Assembly (NCBI GenBank): GCA_021848325.1
Contig: JAJZUU010000006.1
Span: forward strand, 969 to 64,968
Reading direction: 5' to 3'
DNA length: 64,000 nucleotides
Origin: Pseudomonadota bacterium
GTDB lineage: Bacteria > Pseudomonadota > Gammaproteobacteria > Burkholderiales > JAJZUU01
Under the pieces are notes generated by a model. It saw nothing but the letters and a program-made list of their open reading frames with translations. It had not been told where the DNA came from and did not search any database. The position numbers and the translations under genes were made by a program. The first letter of the stretch is position 1. Each line of letters begins with the position of its first letter. Positions 8,962 to 17,486 of the stretch are shown piece by piece.

Positions 8962-10035
8962 ATGGAAAATGCCGCGATTGCGTTTGTTGACCTGGAGCTT
9001 CCCAACGTCGTCTTTCTCTTGCTGGTGGGGTTCGTCGGGGGGTTGGTGAGCGGGTTCATCGGTTCCGGCGGCGCCTTCGTGCTCACCCCTGCCATGATGA
9101 GCATGGGCGTGGCGGGGGTGGTGGCGGTGGCGAGCAACATGTGCCACAAGTTTCCCAAGGCCCTGGTGGGCGCGTTCAAGCGCTACAAGTACGGGCAGGT
9201 GGACGTCAAGCTCGGGTTGGTGATGGCCGTCTCGGCCTCGGTGGGGGTATGGGTGGGGGCGGATATCCAGCACGCCGTCAAGGCGAATTTCGGGGAGGCC
9301 GGGTCCAGCCTGTATGTGAGCGTGGCCTTCGCGCTGGTGCTGGCGATCGTGGGCGGAGTGGTGTTGCGCGATGCGCTGAGACTGCACCGCACGGGCAGGG
9401 CGCACGAGGATGAAGAAACGTCACGCCTGGCCAAGTGGGTTCAATCGGTCGAGATACCGGGTACCATGCTCCGCTTCAAGACCGCCGATATCCGGGTCTC
9501 GGCCCTGTTTACCCTGCCGGTGGGCTTCGCCACCGGCATGCTGGCTGCCACCATCGCGGTCGGCGGATTCATCGGGGTGCCGGGGATGATCTACGTGCTG
9601 GGCGTCCCCAGCCTGGTCGGCACGGCCACCGAGTTGGTCATCGCCTTTGTCATGGGGCTGGGCGGCACGGTCACATACGCCCTGCACGGCCTGGTGGACA
9701 TCCGGCTGGCCATGATCATCCTGGCGGGCTCCCTGTTCGGCATCCAACTCGGGGCCATCGGCACCACTTACGTCAAACCCTATATGGTCAAGGTGGTGAT
9801 GGCGTCGATCATGCTGATCGTGGCGGTGAGCCGGGGCCTGATTATCCCGGTCTATCTCACCCAACTCGGGTGGTTGGGGCTGAGCGCCAAAATGCTGGAA
9901 TTCTTGCGGGACACCAGCTTCATGTTCATGATCGCCGCCCTGCTGACGGGGGCGATCATCATCGTCGGCGCCATGATACGCGGCCACCGGGACCATAAGC
10001 TGAGTCTGGCCAAAGAGAAGGCGGCGATGCGCTAG
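8962..10035 (+). CDS. Sulfite exporter TauE/SafE family protein
   Basis: GFVGGLVSGFIGSGGAFVLTP and second repeat TGMLAATIAVGGFIGVP; multiple TM helices. Confidence 0.88.
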   Translation: MENAAIAFVDLELPNVVFLLLVGFVGGLVSGFIGSGGAFVLTPAMMSMGVAGVVAVASNMCHKFPKALVGAFKRYKYGQVDVKLGLVMAVSASVGVWVGADIQHAVKANFGEAGSSLYVSVAFALVLAIVGGVVLRDALRLHRTGRAHEDEETSRLAKWVQSVEIPGTMLRFKTADIRVSALFTLPVGFATGMLAATIAVGGFIGVPGMIYVLGVPSLVGTATELVIAFVMGLGGTVTYALHGLVDIRLAMIILAGSLFGIQLGAIGTTYVKPYMVKVVMASIMLIVAVSRGLIIPVYLTQLGWLGLSAKMLEFLRDTSFMFMIAALLTGAIIIVGAMIRGHRDHKLSLAKEKAAMR

Positions 10036-10076
10036 CGCCTGCCCCGCGGGATGGCCAGGCCCCCGTATCTATTTTA

Positions 10077-10326
10077 GGAGCCTGCCGGACTTAGGACCTG
10101 TTAAGCATTAAGTGTAACACTTAATGCTTAACAGGTCCTTAAAGGAAATCGGCTGCAAATCCGCCTGACCGGTCCATATTTCGCCGCTTTTTTGGCCAAT
10201 AGAACGACTATATGACCTGCAAAATCGACAAAATCTGTCCTCGGCCAGCCGAATTTTGCGAGCAGCCGCTACGCGGCTTGCCTGCCTGACCCGCTTCGCT
10301 TCGATTCTTCAAGCCCGACAGGCTCC
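10077..10326 (+). mobile_element. MITE copy 1 (250 bp) carrying two internal insertions
   Basis: Ends ggagcctgccggactt / aagcccgacaggctcc, flanked by TA; near-identical to 12540-12701 apart from 48-bp, 39-bp and 1-bp additions and a few substitutions. Confidence 0.9.
10094..10138. mobile_element. 45-bp perfect palindromic mini-element, copy A, nested in the MITE
   Basis: ggacctgttaagcattaagtgt-a-acacttaatgcttaacaggtcc; TTA duplicated at 10091-93 and 10139-41; MITE copy 2 has a single TTA at this site. Confidence 0.92.
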
Positions 10327-10360
10327 TAGCCCCAGAGGGCTCCACGAAAGGGACCGATGC

Positions 10361-12415
10361 ATGGTGGAACTCATCCACCAATTGATCGCCTGGATCGGCA
10401 GCCACCCGCATGCGGCCGGCGTGATCGTAGCCCTGGTGGCGTGCGCAGAGTCGTTGGCGTTTGTCGGGCTGATCGTTCCTGGGGTGGCAATGATGCTCGG
10501 TGCCGGGGCGCTGGTGGGGGCCGGCGTTATGGCATTCTGGAGTACCCTCGCCTGGGCCGTGGCCGGTGCGGTGATCGGTGATGGCGTCAGCTACTGGCTC
10601 GGCCGCCATTACCGGAACGGGCTGCGCCGCCTGCGGCCGTTGCAGGCTCACCCGGAACTGCTGGCGCGCGGCGAGGCGTTCTTCCACCGCCACGGCGGCA
10701 AGAGTATCCTGTTGGCCCGTTTCGTCGGCCCCGTGCGACCGGTGGTCCCCGTCATCGCCGGGATGCTGGGCATGGCGCCCACTCGGTTCTATGTCTACAA
10801 CCTGCTCTCGGCGCTGGTATGGGCACCGGCCCACCTGCTTCCCGGAATGGCCTTTGGCGCCTCGCTGGCGCTTGCCGGTCGGGTCGCCGCGCGGCTGGCG
10901 TTTCTGTTGAGCATGCTGTCGGTCTCTGGATGGATGCTGGTCTGGTTGGTTCGTGCAAGTTACCGCCGGCTGCAGCCGCATGCTGCCCAATGGGCGAGGG
11001 GAGCCATGCTCTGGGGGCGAACCCATGGCCGCCTGGCGTGGCTGGTCGCGGACCTGGTCGATCCGGCGCGGCCGGTATCGCGGGCATTGTTTGTCTGGCT
11101 GGTGCTGTTGATTGCCGGGAGCTGGCTGTTTTTCGGCGTTCTGGAGGATGTGCTGAGCGTTGACCCGCTGGTGCAGGCGGGCCAGTCGTTTTATCACCTG
11201 TTGCAGCAGTTGCGCACGCCCCCGGGTGATCGGATCATGGTCGTCCTGACCGAACTGGGCGATGCGGCCGTCGCGATTCCGCTCGTAGCCGCGGCCCTCG
11301 CCTGGCTGTTATGGCGGCGCGCCTGGCGAGACGCGCTATATTGGTTGGCCGCCGTCGGCTTCGGGGCGCTGGCGGTGGCGGCCGTCAAGCTGGCATTGCA
11401 GGTGCCGCGACCGGTCGAACTCTATTCCGGACTGGTCGCGTACAGCTTTCCGAGCGGTCATGCGGCCATGAGCACGGTCATCTACGGCTTTCTGGCCGTG
11501 CTCAGTGCACCTTCATTCGGCTTGCGCGCGCGCTGGATCCCGTATGCGGCGGCCACACTGCTGGTCGGCGGAATCGCGTTTTCCCGGCTCTACCTGGGCG
11601 CGCACTGGCTGGCCGATGTGGCCGCCGGGGTGGGACTGGGCACCGCCTGGGTCGCCGTGCTGGCGATCGCGCGGGAACGCCACCGTCGAGCACCTGCGCA
11701 GCCGGAGGCCCGCGGACTGGCTACGGTTGCCGTGCTGGTGTTCCTTGGCGCCGGCATCTGGCATGTTCACATCCGGCTACAGCCGGACCTTGAGCGCTAC
11801 GCGGTGCGCCATCCCGTTCTGGAGATGAGCGCGCAGCAATGGTGGGAGAGGGGCTGGCGGAAGTTGCCCGCCTACCGGCTGGACCTGGAGGGCGAACAGA
11901 AGCAACCGCTGAATGTTCAATGGGCGGGCGAGTTGCCACCCTTGCGGAAGTATCTCCTGTCCGAAGGCTGGCGTGAAGCGCCTGCGCTCACCCCGCGCAC
12001 CGCACTGCGTTGGCTGCTCCCCAACCCGTCGCTCGATCAACTGCCGCTGTTGCCGCAACTCCACGACGGCCAATACGAGTCGTTACTCCTGGTCCGCACC
12101 GGGGAGCCGGCGACGCATCCCGGCAATCAGATCGTCCTGCGTCTTTGGCCGACCAACGTGAAGCTGCAGCCCGGCAATGCACCCGTCTGGGTTGGCACCA
12201 TCGATCGGCAACGCATCCGGCATCTGCCGCTCGTCAGCTTTCCTCGGTCCGCCGGTGGCTACGACGAGGCAGTCTTGGCCTTACGGTCGATGTTGAAGGG
12301 TGCGAGGGGGAGGGTGGTGCAACGTCTGGCTCGGGTAGGTGATGAAGATATGCAATGGGGAAGCAACGTCCTGTTGGCGACCAGCGAGCGGAACGGGGCG
12401 AGTCCGGCAAAGTGA
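10361..12415 (+). CDS. DedA (VTT) + PAP2 phosphatase + LssY-like C-terminal domain membrane protein
   Basis: DedA motifs AESLAFVGLIVPG and LARFVGPVR; PAP2 motifs KLALQVPRP, SFPSGH, SRLYLGAHWLAD; C-terminal QPLNVQW; start moved to ATG 10361. Confidence 0.9.
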   Translation: MVELIHQLIAWIGSHPHAAGVIVALVACAESLAFVGLIVPGVAMMLGAGALVGAGVMAFWSTLAWAVAGAVIGDGVSYWLGRHYRNGLRRLRPLQAHPELLARGEAFFHRHGGKSILLARFVGPVRPVVPVIAGMLGMAPTRFYVYNLLSALVWAPAHLLPGMAFGASLALAGRVAARLAFLLSMLSVSGWMLVWLVRASYRRLQPHAAQWARGAMLWGRTHGRLAWLVADLVDPARPVSRALFVWLVLLIAGSWLFFGVLEDVLSVDPLVQAGQSFYHLLQQLRTPPGDRIMVVLTELGDAAVAIPLVAAALAWLLWRRAWRDALYWLAAVGFGALAVAAVKLALQVPRPVELYSGLVAYSFPSGHAAMSTVIYGFLAVLSAPSFGLRARWIPYAAATLLVGGIAFSRLYLGAHWLADVAAGVGLGTAWVAVLAIARERHRRAPAQPEARGLATVAVLVFLGAGIWHVHIRLQPDLERYAVRHPVLEMSAQQWWERGWRKLPAYRLDLEGEQKQPLNVQWAGELPPLRKYLLSEGWREAPALTPRTALRWLLPNPSLDQLPLLPQLHDGQYESLLLVRTGEPATHPGNQIVLRLWPTNVKLQPGNAPVWVGTIDRQRIRHLPLVSFPRSAGGYDEAVLALRSMLKGARGRVVQRLARVGDEDMQWGSNVLLATSERNGASPAK

Positions 12416-12539
12416 TTGCGCGAGAAAAAGCTGCTTCGTTTGGCGACACCGCCGGCGCGATGATGCCCGGCTAGCTCGACCGAAAGCCGCGCGGGCGGCG
12501 CGCCAGCCGCGTTCCCTTGCGAGAAGGACCGGACTCCTA

Positions 12540-12701
12540 GGAGCCTGTCGGACTTAAAGGAAATCGGCTGCAAATCCACCTGACCGGTCCATATTTCGCC
12601 GCTTTTTTGGTCAATAGAACGACTATTGACCTGCAAAATCGACAAAATCTGTCCTCGGCCAGCCGAATTTTCGCTTCGATTCTTCAAGTCCGACAGGCTC
12701 C
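12540..12701 (+). mobile_element. MITE copy 2 (162 bp, no insertions)
   Basis: Perfect 16-bp TIRs ggagcctgtcggactt / aagtccgacaggctcc; TA on both sides; internal hairpin gtcaatag-aacga-ctattgac. Confidence 0.92.
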
Positions 12702-14506
12702 TAGCGCGTCTCGCCGTTGGGCAGGCTGGCGTTGCATTCTCTGAAGATCCGCGCCTCGCAGGTGCGGCAGATTTCCGTGTCCAGCCTGGGGTAGATATTC
12801 TCGATCGGACGCGTCTTGGCGGGAAAGATGTTTTCGTCGCCGATATCCAGGATAAGCCTGTCTTTGCGCAACAGACCGTACACCCCATCCTTCATGCGGT
12901 AGAAGTACAGCCCGCCGCCGATCTTCTTGCGCCGCTTGGCTTCCTGGGCCAGCATCTCGGCGCCGGCAATGTCCACGAAGTTGATGCCGCTGGCCAGGAT
13001 CACCACGTGTTTGGCCTGGGGGTTGACCTCGTCGATTTCCTGCAGGGACAACTGCACGTGGTTGACGGCGCCGAAGAAGATGGAGCCGTTGATGCGCACT
13101 ATTCTTACCTGCGGGCATTCCGGCCGGTTCTCGGCCGGGATGTAATGGTAGCTGTCGGGTTCGGGATCCGGCACCATGGCGCTGATGGCCGGGCGGGAGG
13201 TGCGGTACAGGTACAACACCAGGGACAGGATGATGCCGAAGAAGATGCCCTTTTCCAGGTCCACCAGGGTGCCTATCAGGGTCACTAGGAGCACCACCGT
13301 TTCGGCGCGGCTGGTCCTGAAGATGGAGCCGATGTGGTGGAAGTCGATCAGGCCGTAGGCCACCAGGAACAGGATGCCGGCCATGGCCGCGGTGGGCAGA
13401 TAGGCGGCGAGGGGCGCCACCAGCAGCAGGATCAGCACCAGGAAGACGGACGCGAACACCGCGGCCAGCGGGGTGCGCGCGCCGGAGGTGTAGTTCACGC
13501 CGCTGCGGTTGAACGAGCCGCTGGAGGCGTAGCCGGAGAAAAAGCTGCCCAGGATGTTGGACATCCCTTGGCCGATGAACTCCTGGTTGCCGTCAATGCG
13601 CTGCTCGGAGCGCACGGCGATGGCCCGCGAGATGGACACCGCCTCGGTCAGTGCCAACAGGGTCACCACCAGGGCGGGGAACACGGTGTGCTTGATGGAG
13701 GCCAGCGAGAAGTCGGGATGGGAAAGCGGCGGCAGCCCGGACGGCAGCGCCCCTACCGCGCCGATATGGCTGGTGTCGATGCCCACCGCCGCGTTGACGA
13801 TAACGGCGACGATACTGCCGATGATCATGGCGGCGATCATGTAGGGGAACTTCGGTAAGAAACGCTTGACGAAAATACCCGAGATCAGGGTGATTACCCC
13901 TACCGTGGTGACATAGGGATTGATGTCGCCGAACTGGGCGAACACCTGATGGATCACCTCATGGAAAGGGGTGCCGCGGGGAATGCTGATGCCGAAGAAG
14001 TGCTTGATCTGGCTCGATGCGATCAGCACCGCGGCACCGGCGGTGAAGCCGATCACCACGGTATGGGATATGAAATTCACCAGCGCGCCCATGCGCGCCA
14101 GCCCCAGGATCAGCTCGAAAACCCCGGTGAGGAAGGTGAGGGTGAGCACCATGCTGATGAACTGCGGGGAACCCGGCTCCGCGAACGGACTCACCGAGGC
14201 GAATACCGCGATGGAGATGGCGGTGGTCGGCCCGGACACCAAGTGCCAGCTGGAGCCGAATAGAGCGGCGATGACGGCGGGCACCATGGCCGCGTACAGA
14301 CCATACTCGGGTGGCATGCCGGCGATGGTGGCGAAGGCGACTGCTTGGGGCAACACGATCATGGCGCCGGTTAAGCCCGCCATCAGGTCGGCGCGGCCGC
14401 TTTCCCTGGTGACCATGGGCGCCCAGCGCAGGAACGGAAATACCTTATAAAGCCAGACGTTACAAGCGAGGATGTCTTTCAATGCGGCGTTCCGATCTGT
14501 TCTCAA
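12701..14506 (-). CDS. SulP/SLC26 inorganic anion transporter with STAS domain
   Basis: DLMAGLTGAMIVLPQAVAFA, GLYAA, NQEFIGQG, SFNRS; C-terminal STAS (INFVDIAG); start codon uncertain. Confidence 0.93.
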   Translation of the reverse strand: MRTDRNAALKDILACNVWLYKVFPFLRWAPMVTRESGRADLMAGLTGAMIVLPQAVAFATIAGMPPEYGLYAAMVPAVIAALFGSSWHLVSGPTTAISIAVFASVSPFAEPGSPQFISMVLTLTFLTGVFELILGLARMGALVNFISHTVVIGFTAGAAVLIASSQIKHFFGISIPRGTPFHEVIHQVFAQFGDINPYVTTVGVITLISGIFVKRFLPKFPYMIAAMIIGSIVAVIVNAAVGIDTSHIGAVGALPSGLPPLSHPDFSLASIKHTVFPALVVTLLALTEAVSISRAIAVRSEQRIDGNQEFIGQGMSNILGSFFSGYASSGSFNRSGVNYTSGARTPLAAVFASVFLVLILLLVAPLAAYLPTAAMAGILFLVAYGLIDFHHIGSIFRTSRAETVVLLVTLIGTLVDLEKGIFFGIILSLVLYLYRTSRPAISAMVPDPEPDSYHYIPAENRPECPQVRIVRINGSIFFGAVNHVQLSLQEIDEVNPQAKHVVILASGINFVDIAGAEMLAQEAKRRKKIGGGLYFYRMKDGVYGLLRKDRLILDIGDENIFPAKTRPIENIYPRLDTEICRTCEARIFRECNASLPNGETR

Positions 14507-14627
14507 TGGTATTTTGAAGGCGCGAATAGTCTAAACTTGCGGATTATCCGATAATTCCGGCCCGCCTGTAAACCGCGGCCAGAGTTGCGTGGCCTGGCGG
14601 CGGTGACGGGGAAGCCGGGCGCCGGGG

Positions 14628-15068
14628 CTAGCGTGTCCCCGCCGTTGCTTGGCGTTTCAGGCAGTCCAGGTAAAGCGCGCCGTCGAAGGCGGTGTGATGG
14701 CGCTGTGCCTGCCAGATCACCTCGGCCAGGCAGTCCATGACCCGGTGCTGCGCGTCGTGGGCCTGGGCGCCCTGGGCCGTGATGCGCTGATAATGCGCCT
14801 TGATGCCCCGGGGCTGGTCGATGGAAAGCTGCTCCTCGATGGCAAGGTGCATGCTCAGGTGCAGGAACGGGTTGGTTTCCCCCCCTTCGGGCGGATAGTC
14901 GCGGTCTGCGTACGCTTCCGGGTCGGCCAGCATCGGGTGATATTCGGGGTGCTGCAGCAGGACCGTCAGCGCCGTGCCTTCCAGCCCGATGAGCGGCGTT
15001 CGTTCCAGGTACTTGCGCCAGGTCTCGAAGAAGAAGCGGCGCGCCTGGTCGCGGCTGGGGCTAAACAT
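14628..15068 (-). CDS. DUF1841 family protein
   Basis: MFSPSRDQARRFF...HPEYH...NPFLHLSMHLAIEEQLSIDQP; typical position after nth. Confidence 0.88.
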   Translation of the reverse strand: MFSPSRDQARRFFFETWRKYLERTPLIGLEGTALTVLLQHPEYHPMLADPEAYADRDYPPEGGETNPFLHLSMHLAIEEQLSIDQPRGIKAHYQRITAQGAQAHDAQHRVMDCLAEVIWQAQRHHTAFDGALYLDCLKRQATAGTR

Positions 15069-16152
15069 CGGCGGCGAACAGTCCCAGCACCGCGGAGTAT
15101 TGGAACAACTGGCTGGCCCCGTGCAGCGGCGCAATCTCCCCGTTGCCGTAGAAACCGATCAAGGGCAGGCCGGGGAAGCGCTGCTTCACCAGGTCCAGGT
15201 CGCGATCGACCCCGCCGTAGAAATACGGCCCGCGTCCCATGCAGGAAAACAGCAGGCCGAAGTCGGGAGCGGCCGGCAACCGGTCTTGCAGCCGATCGAT
15301 GGTCAAACGCATGTCCCGCTCCGCGGCCAGGGGCTGGCGCAGCGCCCAGAACAGCTTTTCGCCCCGGGTCAGCCGGGTGGAAAGGGTGACCGAACGGTCC
15401 TCGGCGTTGGTGGAGATGATCGGGGTGAGGTGGAAGCGGCCTTCCGCGACCGCCGTGGCAGTGTCGCCGAATGTCACGCCGGCCATGATCAGATGCAGCG
15501 GGATGCGCTCCATTTCCCTTACTTCCAGGGGGAGTTCCCGGGCCAGGATGTTGAGCGCCGGCTGTTCGGCCAGGGTCAGCACGTCGTAGCCGCTCAGCCG
15601 GGTAATCTCCCGCGGCACGCTGATCGGGCGTATCCCCTGGGACACGCCGACCGCGCCACGGGCCCCCCTTATGGTGGTTTCACAACGGCCCGTGGGGCTT
15701 TCCTTGCTGCCGCACCAGACCTTGAACGGCCCCTGCCCGGTGGCGTCCCCGGACACGCCGCCGTAGCGCATGCCGGGTTCCGACAGCCAGGTGGTGTTGA
15801 TGGCGCTGGGTGCGGCCATGGACAGGATGAGATCGTCCGCGCCGGCGTCGTTGCAGGGCGCCAGACCCAGGCTGCCCCCGAACGCCATTGCGGCGGCCGC
15901 CGGGGAGTCCAGCACCCATTCCTGCTCGGTGAAGATGCCGGCCGCCGAACAGCCGAGGATGCGGGTGCAGTTGCTGGCCCGCGCAGCCGCCAGCAGCGCG
16001 GGCTGGGGATCGCGGGCAAACTCGGAGGTGAGAAACAGCAGCACACTGTTGGCGATATCCAATCCGGCCTGGTCCATGGCCTGCGCTACCGCCTGCCTGG
16101 CAAGGTCGGGTGTTGCGGTGTGACCTACCGCAAGGCCGGTTGCAATGTTCAT
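15061..16152 (-). CDS. FIST N/C domain protein
   Basis: LGCSAAG, YGGVSGD, SQGIRPI, FSCMGRG, GFYGNGEIAP motifs; start at MNIATG. Confidence 0.88.
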   Translation of the reverse strand: MNIATGLAVGHTATPDLARQAVAQAMDQAGLDIANSVLLFLTSEFARDPQPALLAAARASNCTRILGCSAAGIFTEQEWVLDSPAAAAMAFGGSLGLAPCNDAGADDLILSMAAPSAINTTWLSEPGMRYGGVSGDATGQGPFKVWCGSKESPTGRCETTIRGARGAVGVSQGIRPISVPREITRLSGYDVLTLAEQPALNILARELPLEVREMERIPLHLIMAGVTFGDTATAVAEGRFHLTPIISTNAEDRSVTLSTRLTRGEKLFWALRQPLAAERDMRLTIDRLQDRLPAAPDFGLLFSCMGRGPYFYGGVDRDLDLVKQRFPGLPLIGFYGNGEIAPLHGASQLFQYSAVLGLFAADV

Positions 16153-16156
16153 CTGA

Positions 16157-16795
16157 CTACGCCGAAGAAGGCTTGCCCTTGTACTCGCAAAGGTCGCTGA
16201 TGGGGCATTCCGCGCAGTTGGGCCTGCGCGCCTTGCATAGGTAGCGCCCGTGCAGGATGAGCCAGTGGTGCGCATGCTGCAAGAACTCCCTTGGAATGTA
16301 TTTTAGCAGCTTTTTTTCCACCTCCAGGACGCTCTTGCCCGGGGCCAGGCCGGTACGGTTGGCCACCCGGAAGATGTGCGTATCCACCGCCACCGTGGCG
16401 TGGCCGAATGCGGTGTTCAGCACCACGTTGGCGGTTTTGCGGCCCACCCCGGGCAGTTTTTGCAGCGCCTCCCGGCTGGCCGGCACCTCGCCCCGGTGAT
16501 CCGCCACCAGGATCCTGCAGGTCTCGATGATGTGCCTGGCCTTGCTGCGGTACAGCCCCAGGCTCCTGATGTATTGTTCGAGCCCGGCGACGCCGAGGTC
16601 CAGGATCGCCTGGGGCGTATTGGCGACCGCGAACAGCTTCCGGGTGGCGAGGTTTACCCCCTTGTCGGTGGATTGGGCGGACAGGATGACCGCGATCAGC
16701 AGCTCGAACGGGCTGCTGTAGGCCAGCTCGGTGGTGGGGGCGGGGTTTGCGGCGGCCAGCCGGGCGAAGATCTCTCGGCGCTTCTGGGCGTTCAT
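16157..16795 (-). CDS. nth: Endonuclease III
   Basis: HhH motif LPGVGRKTANVV, AVDTHIFRV, Fe-S motif CKARRPNCAECPISDLC. Confidence 0.97.
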   Translation of the reverse strand: MNAQKRREIFARLAAANPAPTTELAYSSPFELLIAVILSAQSTDKGVNLATRKLFAVANTPQAILDLGVAGLEQYIRSLGLYRSKARHIIETCRILVADHRGEVPASREALQKLPGVGRKTANVVLNTAFGHATVAVDTHIFRVANRTGLAPGKSVLEVEKKLLKYIPREFLQHAHHWLILHGRYLCKARRPNCAECPISDLCEYKGKPSSA

Positions 16796-16802
16796 TTGCC
16801 GG

Positions 16803-17486
16803 CTAGGCCGCAACCGGGCCGGCCTGAGCCCGCCGAGGCGTGGCCTCGGTCTTGCGTTGTTCGATGTGGTTTTTGAGGGCGATCAGCAGCCCGAGGCCGA
16901 TGAATGCCCCCGGGGGCAGGATGGCCAGCAGGAAGCCGTGGTAGCCGGGCAGCAGGTGAATGACCCAATGCTTGGCCGGCTCGCCGAAAGCAAGCTCGAT
17001 GCCCGACAGCAAGGTGCCCTTGCCGAAGATCTCGCGCATGGCGCCCAGCACCGCCAGCACCAGGGTAAGGCCGAGTCCCATCATCAGCCCGTCGACCAGG
17101 GAGGGTAGCACGCGGTTCTTGGCGGCGAAGGCCTCGGTCCGGGCCAGCACGATGCAGTTGGTGACGATCAGCGGGATGAAGATGCCCAGCACCAGGTACA
17201 GGTGGTGGAAATAGGCGTTCATGGTCAGTTCCACCACCGTCACCAGGACCGCGATGATGAGGATGTATACCGGGATGCGGATCTCGTTGGGTACCAGGTT
17301 GCGCACCCCCGATACCGCCCCGTTGCTCAGGGCCATCACCAGGGCGGTGGCCAGGCCCAGGCTGGCGCCGTTCACCAGGGTGGTGCTTACCGCCAGCAGC
17401 GGGCACATGCCCAGGATCTGCACCAGGCTGCTGTTTTGGCGCCACAAGCCGTTGAGGACGATCTCTTTGTAGCCGATATCGCTCAT
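16803..17486 (-). CDS. rnfE: Rnf/Rsx complex subunit E
   Basis: LGMCPLLAVS, IPLIVTNC, ILPPGAFIGLG. Confidence 0.95.
   Translation of the reverse strand: MSDIGYKEIVLNGLWRQNSSLVQILGMCPLLAVSTTLVNGASLGLATALVMALSNGAVSGVRNLVPNEIRIPVYILIIAVLVTVVELTMNAYFHHLYLVLGIFIPLIVTNCIVLARTEAFAAKNRVLPSLVDGLMMGLGLTLVLAVLGAMREIFGKGTLLSGIELAFGEPAKHWVIHLLPGYHGFLLAILPPGAFIGLGLLIALKNHIEQRKTEATPRRAQAGPVAA

Noticed and set aside
10094-10138. CRISPR repeat, integron attC site or simple terminator
   Set aside because: No repeat-spacer array, cas or integrase gene; the target duplication and empty allele indicate an insertion.
12259-12888. ORFs sharing peptide text (e.g. NSAGRGQILSILQV) with the ORF at 10208-11197
   Set aside because: They are translations of the two MITE copies, not duplicated genes.
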